From an uncultured Lachnospiraceae bacterium (GTDB lineage Bacteria; Bacillota; Clostridia; Lachnospirales; Lachnospiraceae): a stretch of 64,000 bases of DNA. Below are positions 9,687-19,463 of this stretch, one piece after another. Below the pieces are notes generated by a model. It saw nothing but the letters and a program-made list of their open reading frames with translations. It was not told where the DNA came from and ran no database searches. The translations under genes were made by a program, and so were the position numbers. How positions within the stretch are numbered: the stretch's first letter is position 1; the number at the start of each line of letters is the position of its first letter. The stretch lies in the NCBI GenBank assembly GCA_946549155.1, contig CAMNQN010000001.1, forward strand, positions 531 to 64,530. Reading direction: 5' to 3'.

Positions 9687-10385
9687 TTGAAATTACTAAT
9701 ACTTATTCCGGCTTATAATGAGGCGGAGAATATTGAACGGGTAGTGAACAATTTAATAGAAAATTATCCTCAGTATGACTATGTAATCATAAACGACGGC
9801 TCCACAGATGCCACCAGAAAGGTGTGTGCCAGAAATAAGTACAATCTGTTGGATCTTCCGGTGAACGTGGGGCTGTCGGGGGCCATTAAAAGCGGTATGA
9901 GGTATGCCAACTATTATGGCTATGATTATGTGCTGCAGCTGGATGGGGATGGGCAGCATGATCCGAAATATATCCAGAGTATGATTGATAAAATGATGGA
10001 GACCGACTGCGACATTGTCATTGGCTCCCGGTTTAAGACAGAAAGAAAGCCGGTGACCTCCCGCATGATCGGCAGCCAGATTTTGACCATGGCCATCTGG
10101 ATGACCACAAAAGGGAAGTATATCGGGGACGTGACCTCAGGGATGCGTCTTTTCAATAAAAAGATGATCAAACGCTTTGGATACGATATGCATTACAGTC
10201 CGGAGCCGGATACGCTGGCTTATCTGCTGAACTGCGGTGTGAAGATTGAGGAGGTGCAGGTGACGATGTATGAGCGGGTGGCGGGGGTAAGTTATTTGAA
10301 TTTTAAGAACTCCGCCTGGTATATGCTGAAGATGCTGTTTTCTATATTGATTTTCCAGTGGTTCAGACAACGAATTAAGGAGTGA
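9687..10385 (+). CDS. Short GT2-family glycosyltransferase (polyprenyl-phosphate sugar synthase-like)
   Basis: TTG start 7 nt after GAGGAG. LILIPAYNEAENI, INDGSTD, DGDGQHD. Followed by a DUF2304-type gene, a pairing I recognise from other wall-polysaccharide loci. Confidence 0.8.
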   Translation: MKLLILIPAYNEAENIERVVNNLIENYPQYDYVIINDGSTDATRKVCARNKYNLLDLPVNVGLSGAIKSGMRYANYYGYDYVLQLDGDGQHDPKYIQSMIDKMMETDCDIVIGSRFKTERKPVTSRMIGSQILTMAIWMTTKGKYIGDVTSGMRLFNKKMIKRFGYDMHYSPEPDTLAYLLNCGVKIEEVQVTMYERVAGVSYLNFKNSAWYMLKMLFSILIFQWFRQRIKE

Positions 10386-10391
10386 GTTTGT

Positions 10392-10823
10392 ATGTCGATT
10401 ACCTTGAGAGTATTATTATTGGCAGCGGCGCTTGTGACAGCGGCGTGGATTTTAAGAAAAATAAGCAAGCTGAAGGTGAAAATGGAGGACGCCATTTTTT
10501 GGATTGTTTTCGCGGGGATATTGTGTATCCTGGCGATTTTTCCGGAAATATGCTATTGGATGACCAGTGTGTTGGGTGTGATGTCGCCGGCTAATCTGAT
10601 TTTTCTGGTGATTATTTTTTTGCTGGTGGAAAAGGTGTTTACTCTTTCCATTATCGTTTCGCAGTTGGAAGACAAACTTCAGGTATTATCGGCGGAACTT
10701 GCTTTGCGGAACCATTCGGCGGAGAAACGGCTGAAGGAGACAGAGGAGACGCAGAGGAAAGAAGCGCCCGGAGAAAATGAGGACGTGTCGAAAAGAGAAG
10801 AAAACGAGGCAGCGAAAGGATGA
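10392..10823 (+). CDS. DUF2304-like small membrane protein
   Basis: 143 aa with 3-4 hydrophobic helices, then a charged helical tail (LEDKLQVLSAELALRN...). AAGGAG RBS. ATGA overlap with the next gene. Confidence 0.6.
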   Translation: MSITLRVLLLAAALVTAAWILRKISKLKVKMEDAIFWIVFAGILCILAIFPEICYWMTSVLGVMSPANLIFLVIIFLLVEKVFTLSIIVSQLEDKLQVLSAELALRNHSAEKRLKETEETQRKEAPGENEDVSKREENEAAKG

Positions 10824-11620
10824 AACATTATTGTGAGAAGGATCATACATTCGTGGTCTGCGCTTATCAGGAAAGCCCTTATTTGAAGGAATGTATCTGT
10901 TCTGTTTTAAAACAGAACAGGAAAAGCCGGGTGTGTATTGTCACATCGACTCCTAACGAGCAAATAATCGGCATGGCCAGGAAGTACAAGCTTCCATTTT
11001 ATGTCAATACAGGGGAAAAGGGCATTGCGGCGGATTGGAATTTTGCGGTGGACTGTGCGGATACGCCGTTGGTGACGATTGCACATCAGGACGATATTTA
11101 TTGCCGGGATTATGCGGAGAATATTCTGGCAGCGTTAAATAAATGTACACATCCGCTGATTGCGTTTACGGACTATTGTGAGCTACGGAATGGGCAGACG
11201 GTAAAAAGAAATAAGCTTCTGGCGGTGAAGAGAATGCTGCTGTGTCCGCTGCGGATAAAGGTATTCTGGAAAAGCAGATGGATACGCCGCCGGATCTTGT
11301 CGCTGGGTTCTGCGATTTGCTGCCCTTCCGTGACTTTGGTGAAGGAACATTTGAATTTACCTGTATTTAAGAATAATATGAAAAGTAATGTGGACTGGCA
11401 GGCCTGGGAGGAGCTTTCCCGACAGGCGGGAGAATTTGCTTACGTTGCGAAACCATCCATGAAACACCGTATCCATCAGGATTCCACCACGTCTTCCCTG
11501 CTGGAGAATCAGGCACGCAGGGAGGAGGATCTGATGATGTATCGGAAGTTCTGGCCCGGATGGATGGCTGATTTTATAGAACGGTTTTATCAGAGGGCGG
11601 AGAAATCGAATAAATTGTAG
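10820..11620 (+). CDS. GT-A fold glycosyltransferase (GT2-like)
   Basis: FVVCAYQESPYLKECICSVLKQ N-terminus and the acidic motif HQDDIY. Translationally coupled to the upstream gene. Confidence 0.7.
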   Translation: MKHYCEKDHTFVVCAYQESPYLKECICSVLKQNRKSRVCIVTSTPNEQIIGMARKYKLPFYVNTGEKGIAADWNFAVDCADTPLVTIAHQDDIYCRDYAENILAALNKCTHPLIAFTDYCELRNGQTVKRNKLLAVKRMLLCPLRIKVFWKSRWIRRRILSLGSAICCPSVTLVKEHLNLPVFKNNMKSNVDWQAWEELSRQAGEFAYVAKPSMKHRIHQDSTTSSLLENQARREEDLMMYRKFWPGWMADFIERFYQRAEKSNKL

Positions 11621-11752
11621 ATACAAGGTGAATAAAAGAAGAAACGAAAAAGTAATAATTGCGGGGGAAAAGTAACAATGCTGTAATTAGAGACATGAAA
11701 GGAACCAAGAGGTTGGTAGAATGTATTAGTCGCAAAGGATCGAAATGCAAAT

Positions 11753-12742
11753 ATGAAAAAGGTATCCATTATTATCCCGGTTTATAACAGTGAAAAATAT
11801 GTGGAAGCATGCCTGCGCTCTATAATGAAACAAACTTTTTCGAATCTGGAGATTATCGTAATAGATGACGGTAGCCAGGACGGTAGCCGGGATATTCTGG
11901 ATGGGCTGGCGGCGGAGGATCAAAGAATCCGTTTGATTCATCAGCCAAATGGCGGGGTGGCGGCTGCCAGAAACCGTGGGTTGGATATGGCCTGCGGAGA
12001 ATATCTGACATTCATAGACGGGGATGATTATGTAAGCGAAGATTACATCGAGCGCTTGTACAACTGTGCAGAAAGTGAAGCAGCGGATATGGTTATCTGC
12101 GGTTTAAAGTATGTTACAGAGGATGGGAAAATTTTACGGGAACTGATTCCGGATGAATATCAGAGAATAGAACGGGAAGAGTGGACGTTTCGAATCTCTG
12201 CGGTATGTTCCCATTTTTACAGAAGGGAGATTTGGGAGAACTATTCGATTCGTTTCCAGCCTGGAGAAAGAGGAGAAGATATGCCAATCTCCTTGTTTTT
12301 TAGCGCAGTTTGCGATAGAATAAGTATATTGCCTGAGTCCGGCTATTATTATGTCCAACATCAGGCATCGGCCACCCACAATTTCAGAGGGCTTCGGAAC
12401 TATCAGCTTCCTTACCAGGCATTAGAGAATATATTAAAGAAAATTCAGACAATAGGAATAACAAACAGTCCGGAATTTTATGAATTGTTTGTGCTGCGGA
12501 TTTTGGCTACCTGTTACTTTGATCTGGCCAGGGGCGCCACGAGAGAGGATATGACGAAGCTGTGCGGCTATATCGTGCGTATCATGGAAACTTATTTCCC
12601 GGGGTATTACCGCAATAAAAAAGCAAAGCTTTTTTCACCGGTCAGGGTTCCTTTTGTGCAGAAGGCAGCGGTTTGGATTTTGAGCATATTGGTAAGGACG
12701 CGGCTGCTTTATCCCGCCGCCTGCGTCATACGCCGCTTATAA
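11753..12742 (+). CDS. GT2-family glycosyltransferase
   Basis: VSIIIPVYNSEKYV, IDDGSQDGS, FIDGDD. Confidence 0.85.
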   Translation: MKKVSIIIPVYNSEKYVEACLRSIMKQTFSNLEIIVIDDGSQDGSRDILDGLAAEDQRIRLIHQPNGGVAAARNRGLDMACGEYLTFIDGDDYVSEDYIERLYNCAESEAADMVICGLKYVTEDGKILRELIPDEYQRIEREEWTFRISAVCSHFYRREIWENYSIRFQPGERGEDMPISLFFSAVCDRISILPESGYYYVQHQASATHNFRGLRNYQLPYQALENILKKIQTIGITNSPEFYELFVLRILATCYFDLARGATREDMTKLCGYIVRIMETYFPGYYRNKKAKLFSPVRVPFVQKAAVWILSILVRTRLLYPAACVIRRL

Positions 12743-12751
12743 GGAGAATAA

Positions 12752-13624
12752 ATGGACATTGTAAGTTTTGTGATCCTGCATTATAAAGATTTGGCGGCAA
12801 CGGACCGGTGCGTTCAGTCGATTTTGCGCATGGAGCAGCAGGAAAGGATTCGCATTGTCATTGTGGATAATGATATTTGTGAAAGCGAGGAAAAACGCGA
12901 AGTTCTGCATCGGAAGTATGCGAGGGAAAAAAGAATCGATGTGCTGAAGATAAAAGAAAATGGGGGATTTTCCTATGCCAATAACCGGGGATACCGGTAC
13001 GCCAGAGAAAAACAGCGGGCTTCTTTTATTCTGGTATTGAATAATGATATCGAGTTTGTGCAGGACGATTTTATCAGTCGGCTGGATGATAGCTATAAGG
13101 AGTATTCCTGCCATGTACTGGGACCGGATGTGATGCGAAGGAGTACGGGTGAGCATCAAAATCCCATGGATCAGCGCATTCGTACAAGAGAAGAGGCGGA
13201 ATATACGATCCGAATGAACCACAGAGCTTTAAAGTATTATGCTGTATTGTACCCGCTTCTGTATTGGAAGAATAAGAGGAACAAAAGAAAACAGACAAAA
13301 ATCAAAAGAAAGAATCAGGGATATTATCAGTCTGTGCAGAAAAATATTGTTCCCTTTGGAGCCTGTCTTATCTTTACACCGAAGTTTGTGACGGAAGAAA
13401 CCATTGCCTTTTATCCGGAAACGCGATTTTATTATGAAGAGTATCTATTGACGTACCGCTGCCAGAAGAGGGGATATGAAATAATATATGATCCGGCTCT
13501 GAAGGCTGTGCACGAAAGCGGAACTGCCACAAGAAAAAGCCTAGGCAGTGAGAAAAGACGGCTGCGGTTTATGATGGAGCGGGTTGCGGAGGCCTGTGAG
13601 GTATACAGAGAAACAATAAAATAA
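12752..13624 (+). CDS. GT2-family glycosyltransferase (rhamnosyltransferase-like subgroup)
   Basis: SFVILHYKD, VIVDNDI, ENGGFSYANNRGY, VLNNDIEF. AAGGAG RBS. Confidence 0.8.
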   Translation: MDIVSFVILHYKDLAATDRCVQSILRMEQQERIRIVIVDNDICESEEKREVLHRKYAREKRIDVLKIKENGGFSYANNRGYRYAREKQRASFILVLNNDIEFVQDDFISRLDDSYKEYSCHVLGPDVMRRSTGEHQNPMDQRIRTREEAEYTIRMNHRALKYYAVLYPLLYWKNKRNKRKQTKIKRKNQGYYQSVQKNIVPFGACLIFTPKFVTEETIAFYPETRFYYEEYLLTYRCQKRGYEIIYDPALKAVHESGTATRKSLGSEKRRLRFMMERVAEACEVYRETIK

Positions 13625-13642
13625 CAAGGACTGCCGAGACAG

Positions 13643-14701
13643 ATGAAGAAAAAAATATTGTATTTAATGGGAATTGACTGGTACTGGATAAAACAGCGTC
13701 CGCAAATGATAGCGATAGAATTGGATAAAGAATATTCTGTGACGGTAGTATATCTATCGGAGATTTTCAATAAGGCCAGTTTAAGACAGGAAAGGGATGA
13801 GCTGAAACGATGCAAAAGTGTACCGGCGCTTCCATACCGTGATAAAAACAGAGTGGTATCTTATGTGGAAAAACTTCTGATGCGGTGGGCCATAGGGGAT
13901 ATACGCCAATATGACATTATCTGGGTGGGACATCCTAATTTATATAAATATATTTCTCCGAAATATGGCGGAAAAATCGTGTATGACTGCATGGATGATC
14001 ATGCGGCTCTCTGCGGGGATTATAAAATACGGAGTGAAATAGAAAAGAATGAAAAAAAACTGGTGAGAGGTTCCGACATTGTTTTTGCTACCAGTCAGGT
14101 TCTAAAAAGAAAAATGGAAGCTGCCGGGGGGCAGGGGAAAACCTTTTTAAACAGGAACGGATTTCAGTGTGACCATATTTATCCGCCGCAAACAGCGAAA
14201 AAAAAAGACAGATATAAAATCGGATATATTGGTACGATTGCGGAGTGGATGGACTTTGATTTGATTCAGGCCAGCTTAAAGGCTAATTCTCAGATAGAGT
14301 ATCGTTTTGTGGGTCCTGTTAGTGGTTTTGATATTCCGGAACATCCCAGGATTTTTTATGAAGGTATTGTGGAGCATAGTCAGCTATATGAAAAAACGAA
14401 GGATTATGATTGCCTGATTATGCCGTTTATTGTGAATGATATCGTGTTAGCCGTGGATCCGGTTAAGCTTTACGAATATATCAGCATGGGTAAATGTGTG
14501 ATATCTGTATGGTATGAAGAGGTTGACCGGTTTGAACCGTTTGTCTATTTTTATCGAAATCAGAAGGAATTTGTGGAACTATTATTAAAGTTATGCGATA
14601 ATGGATTTCGACCTAAGTACAATGCGGAACAGCAGAAAGAGTTTTTAGAAGTTAATTCATGGGAAATGCGATATAGAGAAATAAGGAAGAGGGTGGAATA
14701 G
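13643..14701 (+). CDS. GT-B fold glycosyltransferase, TuaH-like
   Basis: IDWYWIKQRPQ N-terminal block, IGYIGTIAEWMDFDL, VDPVKLYEY. Paralogous to 16017..17300 and to the middle domain of 19460..23098. Contains an A9 run at 14198-14206. Confidence 0.75.
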   Translation: MKKKILYLMGIDWYWIKQRPQMIAIELDKEYSVTVVYLSEIFNKASLRQERDELKRCKSVPALPYRDKNRVVSYVEKLLMRWAIGDIRQYDIIWVGHPNLYKYISPKYGGKIVYDCMDDHAALCGDYKIRSEIEKNEKKLVRGSDIVFATSQVLKRKMEAAGGQGKTFLNRNGFQCDHIYPPQTAKKKDRYKIGYIGTIAEWMDFDLIQASLKANSQIEYRFVGPVSGFDIPEHPRIFYEGIVEHSQLYEKTKDYDCLIMPFIVNDIVLAVDPVKLYEYISMGKCVISVWYEEVDRFEPFVYFYRNQKEFVELLLKLCDNGFRPKYNAEQQKEFLEVNSWEMRYREIRKRVE

Positions 14702-14874
14702 GAGCTAAAGAGTTTTTATTGCGAAGGTTTTGGTATAGTTTTGATGATATATTCAGAAGGTGTTGTTATTCGCTTATAGATCCATTAGATTGGATATTGG
14801 CGGATATAATTACATTATAGAAATTTTTGACATTACAAGGAAGGAGTGGCCAAGAAACTTGGCGAATGAGTTTT

Positions 14875-15987
14875 ATGAAAGTTATGAGTATATTTGGGAC
14901 GCGTCCCGAAGCGATTAAGATGTGTCCGTTAGTAAAGGAGCTGGAAAAAACAGAAGGAATTGAGAGCGTTGTGTGTTTGACTGGTCAGCATAGAGAAATG
15001 TTGCAGCAGGTTATAGATATTTTTGGTACGAAAGTAAAATATAATCTTGATATTATGAAGCCTCGTCAGACATTGACAACAATTACCAGCAGTATTTTGG
15101 AAAAGATTGAGCCTGTGCTCATAAAGGAGAAACCGGATATAGTTTTGGTTCATGGTGATACCACTACTTCTTTTGTAGTAGCATTGGCAGCATTTTACCA
15201 GCAAATACCGGTTGGACACGTGGAAGCAGGCCTGAGAACCTTCGATAAATATTCTCCTTTTCCAGAGGAAATGAACCGTAACTTAACGGGGAAAATTGCG
15301 GAGTTGCATTTTGCTCCGACGGAAAATAATAGGAAAAACCTGGAGAGAGAAGGCGTCACTAGGAATGTATTTGTAACAGGTAATACTGTAATTGATGCAT
15401 TCCAGACGACGGTTAAAACGAATTATGTATTTAAAGATGAGACACTTAGAAACTTGGATTTAAAAAACAAAAAATGTGTTCTAATGACAGCACATAGGAG
15501 AGAAAATCTGGGACAGCCTTTGGAAAATATTTGTAATGCTGTTAAACGGTTGGCAGAAAAGTATGAAGATATGATTTTTGTTTATCCGGTGCATTTAAAT
15601 CCAGCGGTGCGAGATACGGCAAATGAAATTCTTGGTGATACAGAGAATGTTTATCTTATTCCGCCTGTGGACGTGGAGGATATGCATAACATCATGGATC
15701 GTAGTTTTTTGGTAATGACGGATTCTGGCGGCTTACAGGAGGAGGCTCCTGCGTGCGGTGTACCGGTGCTTGTTTTGCGCACGGAAACGGAAAGGCCGGA
15801 GGCTGTGAGAGCGGGCACCGTAAAGGTAGTGGGAGTAGATGAGCAGGTTATTTTTGACGAGGCAGTCAATTTAATTGAAAACAGAGCAGAATATGAGAAA
15901 ATGGCTAAAGCCGTAAATCCATATGGAGATGGGCATGCTAGTGAGAGAATTGTAGATCATATTCTTTGTTGGAACAAAAATATTTAG
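14875..15987 (+). CDS. mnaA: UDP-N-acetylglucosamine 2-epimerase (non-hydrolysing)
   Basis: MKVMSIFGTRPEAIKM, VHGDTTT, GHVEAGLRT, PEEMNR, DSGGLQEEAP. ATG 14875 preferred over the longer 14827 track start. Confidence 0.9.
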   Translation: MKVMSIFGTRPEAIKMCPLVKELEKTEGIESVVCLTGQHREMLQQVIDIFGTKVKYNLDIMKPRQTLTTITSSILEKIEPVLIKEKPDIVLVHGDTTTSFVVALAAFYQQIPVGHVEAGLRTFDKYSPFPEEMNRNLTGKIAELHFAPTENNRKNLEREGVTRNVFVTGNTVIDAFQTTVKTNYVFKDETLRNLDLKNKKCVLMTAHRRENLGQPLENICNAVKRLAEKYEDMIFVYPVHLNPAVRDTANEILGDTENVYLIPPVDVEDMHNIMDRSFLVMTDSGGLQEEAPACGVPVLVLRTETERPEAVRAGTVKVVGVDEQVIFDEAVNLIENRAEYEKMAKAVNPYGDGHASERIVDHILCWNKNI

Positions 15988-16016
15988 GCATTATTTTGAC
16001 GGAGAGCGCAATTGGA

Positions 16017-17300
16017 ATGAAAAAGATAATCGGTATTTGCAAAAAGATATATCTGGGGCAGGGAATAAGGGGATTATTTACAATTTTTCTTAGAGCATTC
16101 CAAATTAGGCTGTTTAATTTGAGTATATATCCTTTATGTAAGTCTTTTTATAGAAGAAAACTTAAGGATGTAATTAGTACAAAATATGATAGGGTTGTAA
16201 TATGGAATAATGGCTTTGGGTGGAATGTTACTTTATTTCAAAGGCCGCAGCATATTGCCAAGGCATTATCGAAACAGGGTTCATTAGTTTTTTATGAGGT
16301 GACGCGTAGGACAGATAAGGAAGTGCATTCATTTAAAAAAATTAGTGAAAATCTTTTTCTAATTAATCGCGAAAATAGGAGCTTTCGTCATATTTTGTTT
16401 GATGAGTTGTCACAAATAGAAATACCGAAATATATGCAAATATATTCAACAGAGTTAGAATTGTCGGCGCATGAATTGGGAGAATTTATGGATGCTGGTT
16501 TTAATATACTTTATGAATATATTGATGACATTCATCCGGATATCTCAGGGACTAAAACAGTTCCTGAGAATATCCTTTCTAAGTATAATTTTGTGATGAG
16601 CCATTCTGAAATTCCAGTTGTTGTTACTGCTGATCGATTAAAAGAAGATGTTGAAAAACACCGAGGAAACAGGAATCTTGCGTATTCGACAAATGGGGTG
16701 GATTATGAGCATTTTTCAGAAGTTCCTAAAGTTGACAAAAAGGATTTAACTCCACAATTTGAAAAGGTTATAGATTCAGGAAAAGTGATTATTGGATATT
16801 ATGGAGCGTTGGCGTCTTGGTTTGATTATCAACTAGTAAAAGAGGTGGCGAAAAAGAGAAAAGATGTTGTGTTTGTTTTAATAGGTAAAATTTATGATGA
16901 ACAATATTCTAAGATGGGGTTAGAAGATTACGATAATATTGTCTATTGCGGAGAAGTTCCCTATGATAAATTGCCCTTATTTGCGTGTTATTTTGATATT
17001 TGTACGATACCATTTATAGTTAATGAGCTGACGAATGCAACTTCTCCACTAAAACTATTTGAATACATGGCATTAAAGAAGCCGATTATTACAACTGGAA
17101 TGTATGAATGCAGAAAATATAGATCTGTTATGATAGCAAATGACAGTGATGATTTTTGCAGACAAATCGATAATGCTGTAAAATATATTAATATGGGGGA
17201 TAAGGAGTATTATGCTCTTTTAGAGAAAGAAGCTTTGGAAAATACGTGGGATTCGAAGGCCAAAAGTATTGTGGATATGTTAAGAAAATTTGAAGGATGA
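16017..17300 (+). CDS. GT-B fold glycosyltransferase, TuaH-like
   Basis: WNVTLFQRPQHIAKALSKQG, IGYYGALASWFDYQL, TSPLKLFEYMA. ATG 16017 chosen because the track start 15966 overlaps the mnaA stop region. Confidence 0.75.
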   Translation: MKKIIGICKKIYLGQGIRGLFTIFLRAFQIRLFNLSIYPLCKSFYRRKLKDVISTKYDRVVIWNNGFGWNVTLFQRPQHIAKALSKQGSLVFYEVTRRTDKEVHSFKKISENLFLINRENRSFRHILFDELSQIEIPKYMQIYSTELELSAHELGEFMDAGFNILYEYIDDIHPDISGTKTVPENILSKYNFVMSHSEIPVVVTADRLKEDVEKHRGNRNLAYSTNGVDYEHFSEVPKVDKKDLTPQFEKVIDSGKVIIGYYGALASWFDYQLVKEVAKKRKDVVFVLIGKIYDEQYSKMGLEDYDNIVYCGEVPYDKLPLFACYFDICTIPFIVNELTNATSPLKLFEYMALKKPIITTGMYECRKYRSVMIANDSDDFCRQIDNAVKYINMGDKEYYALLEKEALENTWDSKAKSIVDMLRKFEG

Positions 17301-17310
17301 TGAATTTATT

Positions 17311-18120
17311 ATGAAGACTATTGCGTATGGAGCAGAACTTATTAGAGGTATCGCGAGAAACAGGGGGCTATTATTAGAGTTTGCGGGCAAAGATTTTCAA
17401 CGTAGATTTGCAGGGTCGTATTTTGGGGTAATATGGGGAGTTTTGCAGCCGTTATTAACGGTTTTTGTCTATTGGAGTGTATTTCAATTTGCATTTAAAA
17501 GTGGACCAGTAAATGGAGTACCATTTGTGTTATGGTTTATGTGTGGCATTGTTCCTTGGCTTTTTTTTGCAGAAGCATTTCCGATGGCTAGTAATTGTTA
17601 TTTGGAATATAGTTATTTAGTAAAAAAGGTAGTATTTAATTTAGATATTTTGCCCCTAGTTAAAATTTTTTCATGTATGGTTGTACATTTGCTGTTTTCG
17701 TTATTGATACTGGTTTTTTGTATTGTGTTTGGATATTTCCCTGGAATTTATTTGGTGCAGTTATTATATTATTGGGTGGCATTGGTTGCGTTAATATATG
17801 CTATTTCAATAATTACCTCTTCTATTATTGTGTTTTTTAGAGACTTAAATCAGCTGATTAGTATTATTTTGTTGGTAGGAATGTGGGCGACTCCCATTGC
17901 GTGGAATTTGTCTGTATTGCCAGAAAAGTATCAATCGATACTTAAATGGAACCCCATATATTATATTGTAGAAGGATATAGGGATACCTTTGTAAATAAT
18001 GTATGGTTTTGGGAAAAAATAGATTTAACGATACGTTATTGGGTAATATTAGTTGTTTTGTATTTTATTGGACTTTCTTTATATAGAAGATTAAAACCGC
18101 GTTTTGCAGACGTATTATGA
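17311..18120 (+). CDS. ABC-2 type glycopolymer export permease (Wzm/TagG-like), second system
   Basis: KDFQRRFAGSYFGVIWGVLQPLL signature and six hydrophobic segments. Alternative TTG start at 17290. Confidence 0.85.
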   Translation: MKTIAYGAELIRGIARNRGLLLEFAGKDFQRRFAGSYFGVIWGVLQPLLTVFVYWSVFQFAFKSGPVNGVPFVLWFMCGIVPWLFFAEAFPMASNCYLEYSYLVKKVVFNLDILPLVKIFSCMVVHLLFSLLILVFCIVFGYFPGIYLVQLLYYWVALVALIYAISIITSSIIVFFRDLNQLISIILLVGMWATPIAWNLSVLPEKYQSILKWNPIYYIVEGYRDTFVNNVWFWEKIDLTIRYWVILVVLYFIGLSLYRRLKPRFADVL

Positions 18121-18140
18121 TTAAGAAGTAAGGAAATGAT

Positions 18141-19463
18141 ATGGAAAAAAAGATAAGTTTACGGAGCATTAGTAAAATATATAAAATGTATAATTCATCA
18201 ACGGATCAGCTTAAAGAAGCGTTAAGCTTAACCGGAAAAAGTTATCATACAGATTTTTGCGCTTTAAAAGATATTTCTTTTGATTTGTCTCAGGGAACTA
18301 TTTTGGGGATAATGGGAAGAAATGGGGCCGGTAAATCTACATTATTGAAAATAATCACAGGTGTACTAAAACCAAGCTCTGGAAGTTTAGAAGTCAAGGG
18401 GAAAATATCTTCATTACTCGAATTAGGCGCTGGCTTTAATATGGAATATAATGGTCTAGATAATATTTATTTTTATGGTATGCTTATGAAACTGACACAC
18501 AAGCAGGTAGAGGAGCGAGTAAAAGACATCATTGAATTTGCAGAGATAGGAGATTATATATATCAGCCAGTAAAAACATATTCGAGCGGAATGTTTGCCA
18601 GATTAGCTTTTTCCTGTGCTATTAATGTAGATCCGGATATATTGATTGTGGATGAAATATTGAGTGTTGGAGATATTCGTTTTCAAGCTAAGTGCTTTAA
18701 TAAATTCAAAGAATTTAAAGAGAAGGGTGTCACAATAATATATGTAGGACATGATGTTGGATTAATGAAAAGTTTCTGTGATGATGCAATCTGGCTTCAT
18801 AATGGTCAAATTGTGGATCGTGGCAATCCAGCAGAAGTTGCTGCAAAATATGTGGAGTTTATGTACTTAGATGAAGGAACAGAATTTACAACTTACAATA
18901 GGAACTCTATGGACAATTCGAAAAAATCGGAGAAACAAATTGTTGGGAATGCTGAGGGAGAAAATAAAGAGCAAAAAAAGGAGGTAAGCAATAGTTTATA
19001 TAAAAAAGCAATTACACACTGGGGAATAGCGCCTGGAATAATAAAAAAGGTGTGCTTACGAAACAGTAAAAAAGAAGAAATAGATTATTTTGATCCGTCA
19101 GAAACCGTTGAAATCCAGTTTGATTTAGAGTTTAGTGAGTTAGTTGATTTTGATAATTTATCTATTGCTTTTTCTATAAAAAATAAAGAAGGAACAGATA
19201 TTATTGTAAAGACAACTTATGATGAGGGTATTTCTTTGGTGAACAATCAAAGTAAAAAGTATCAAATTATATTTAAATTAAAAACTTTATTAGCAGTAGG
19301 GGAATATTATTTAGTTGCTGCAGTTGAAAACAGATCAGAAGTCAATCCCATTTATTATGAGTATATTGAGGGAGTTAAATATTTTAAGGTATTTACAAAT
19401 AAAAAAATTTTTGGAAAAGTTGATTTGCCGACTCAAATTACGATTAATGAGGTAGAAAAATGA
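18141..19463 (+). CDS. ABC exporter ATPase with C-terminal Wzt_C-like beta-sandwich domain (Wzt-like)
   Basis: GRNGAGKST, SSGMFARL, ILIVDE in the first ~250 aa. A Lys-rich linker follows. Then a ~150-aa beta-rich domain (VCLRNSKKEEIDYFDPSETVEIQFDLEF...GEYYLVAAVEN) of the type that binds chain-end caps in O-antigen Wzt proteins. Confidence 0.8.
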   Translation: MEKKISLRSISKIYKMYNSSTDQLKEALSLTGKSYHTDFCALKDISFDLSQGTILGIMGRNGAGKSTLLKIITGVLKPSSGSLEVKGKISSLLELGAGFNMEYNGLDNIYFYGMLMKLTHKQVEERVKDIIEFAEIGDYIYQPVKTYSSGMFARLAFSCAINVDPDILIVDEILSVGDIRFQAKCFNKFKEFKEKGVTIIYVGHDVGLMKSFCDDAIWLHNGQIVDRGNPAEVAAKYVEFMYLDEGTEFTTYNRNSMDNSKKSEKQIVGNAEGENKEQKKEVSNSLYKKAITHWGIAPGIIKKVCLRNSKKEEIDYFDPSETVEIQFDLEFSELVDFDNLSIAFSIKNKEGTDIIVKTTYDEGISLVNNQSKKYQIIFKLKTLLAVGEYYLVAAVENRSEVNPIYYEYIEGVKYFKVFTNKKIFGKVDLPTQITINEVEK

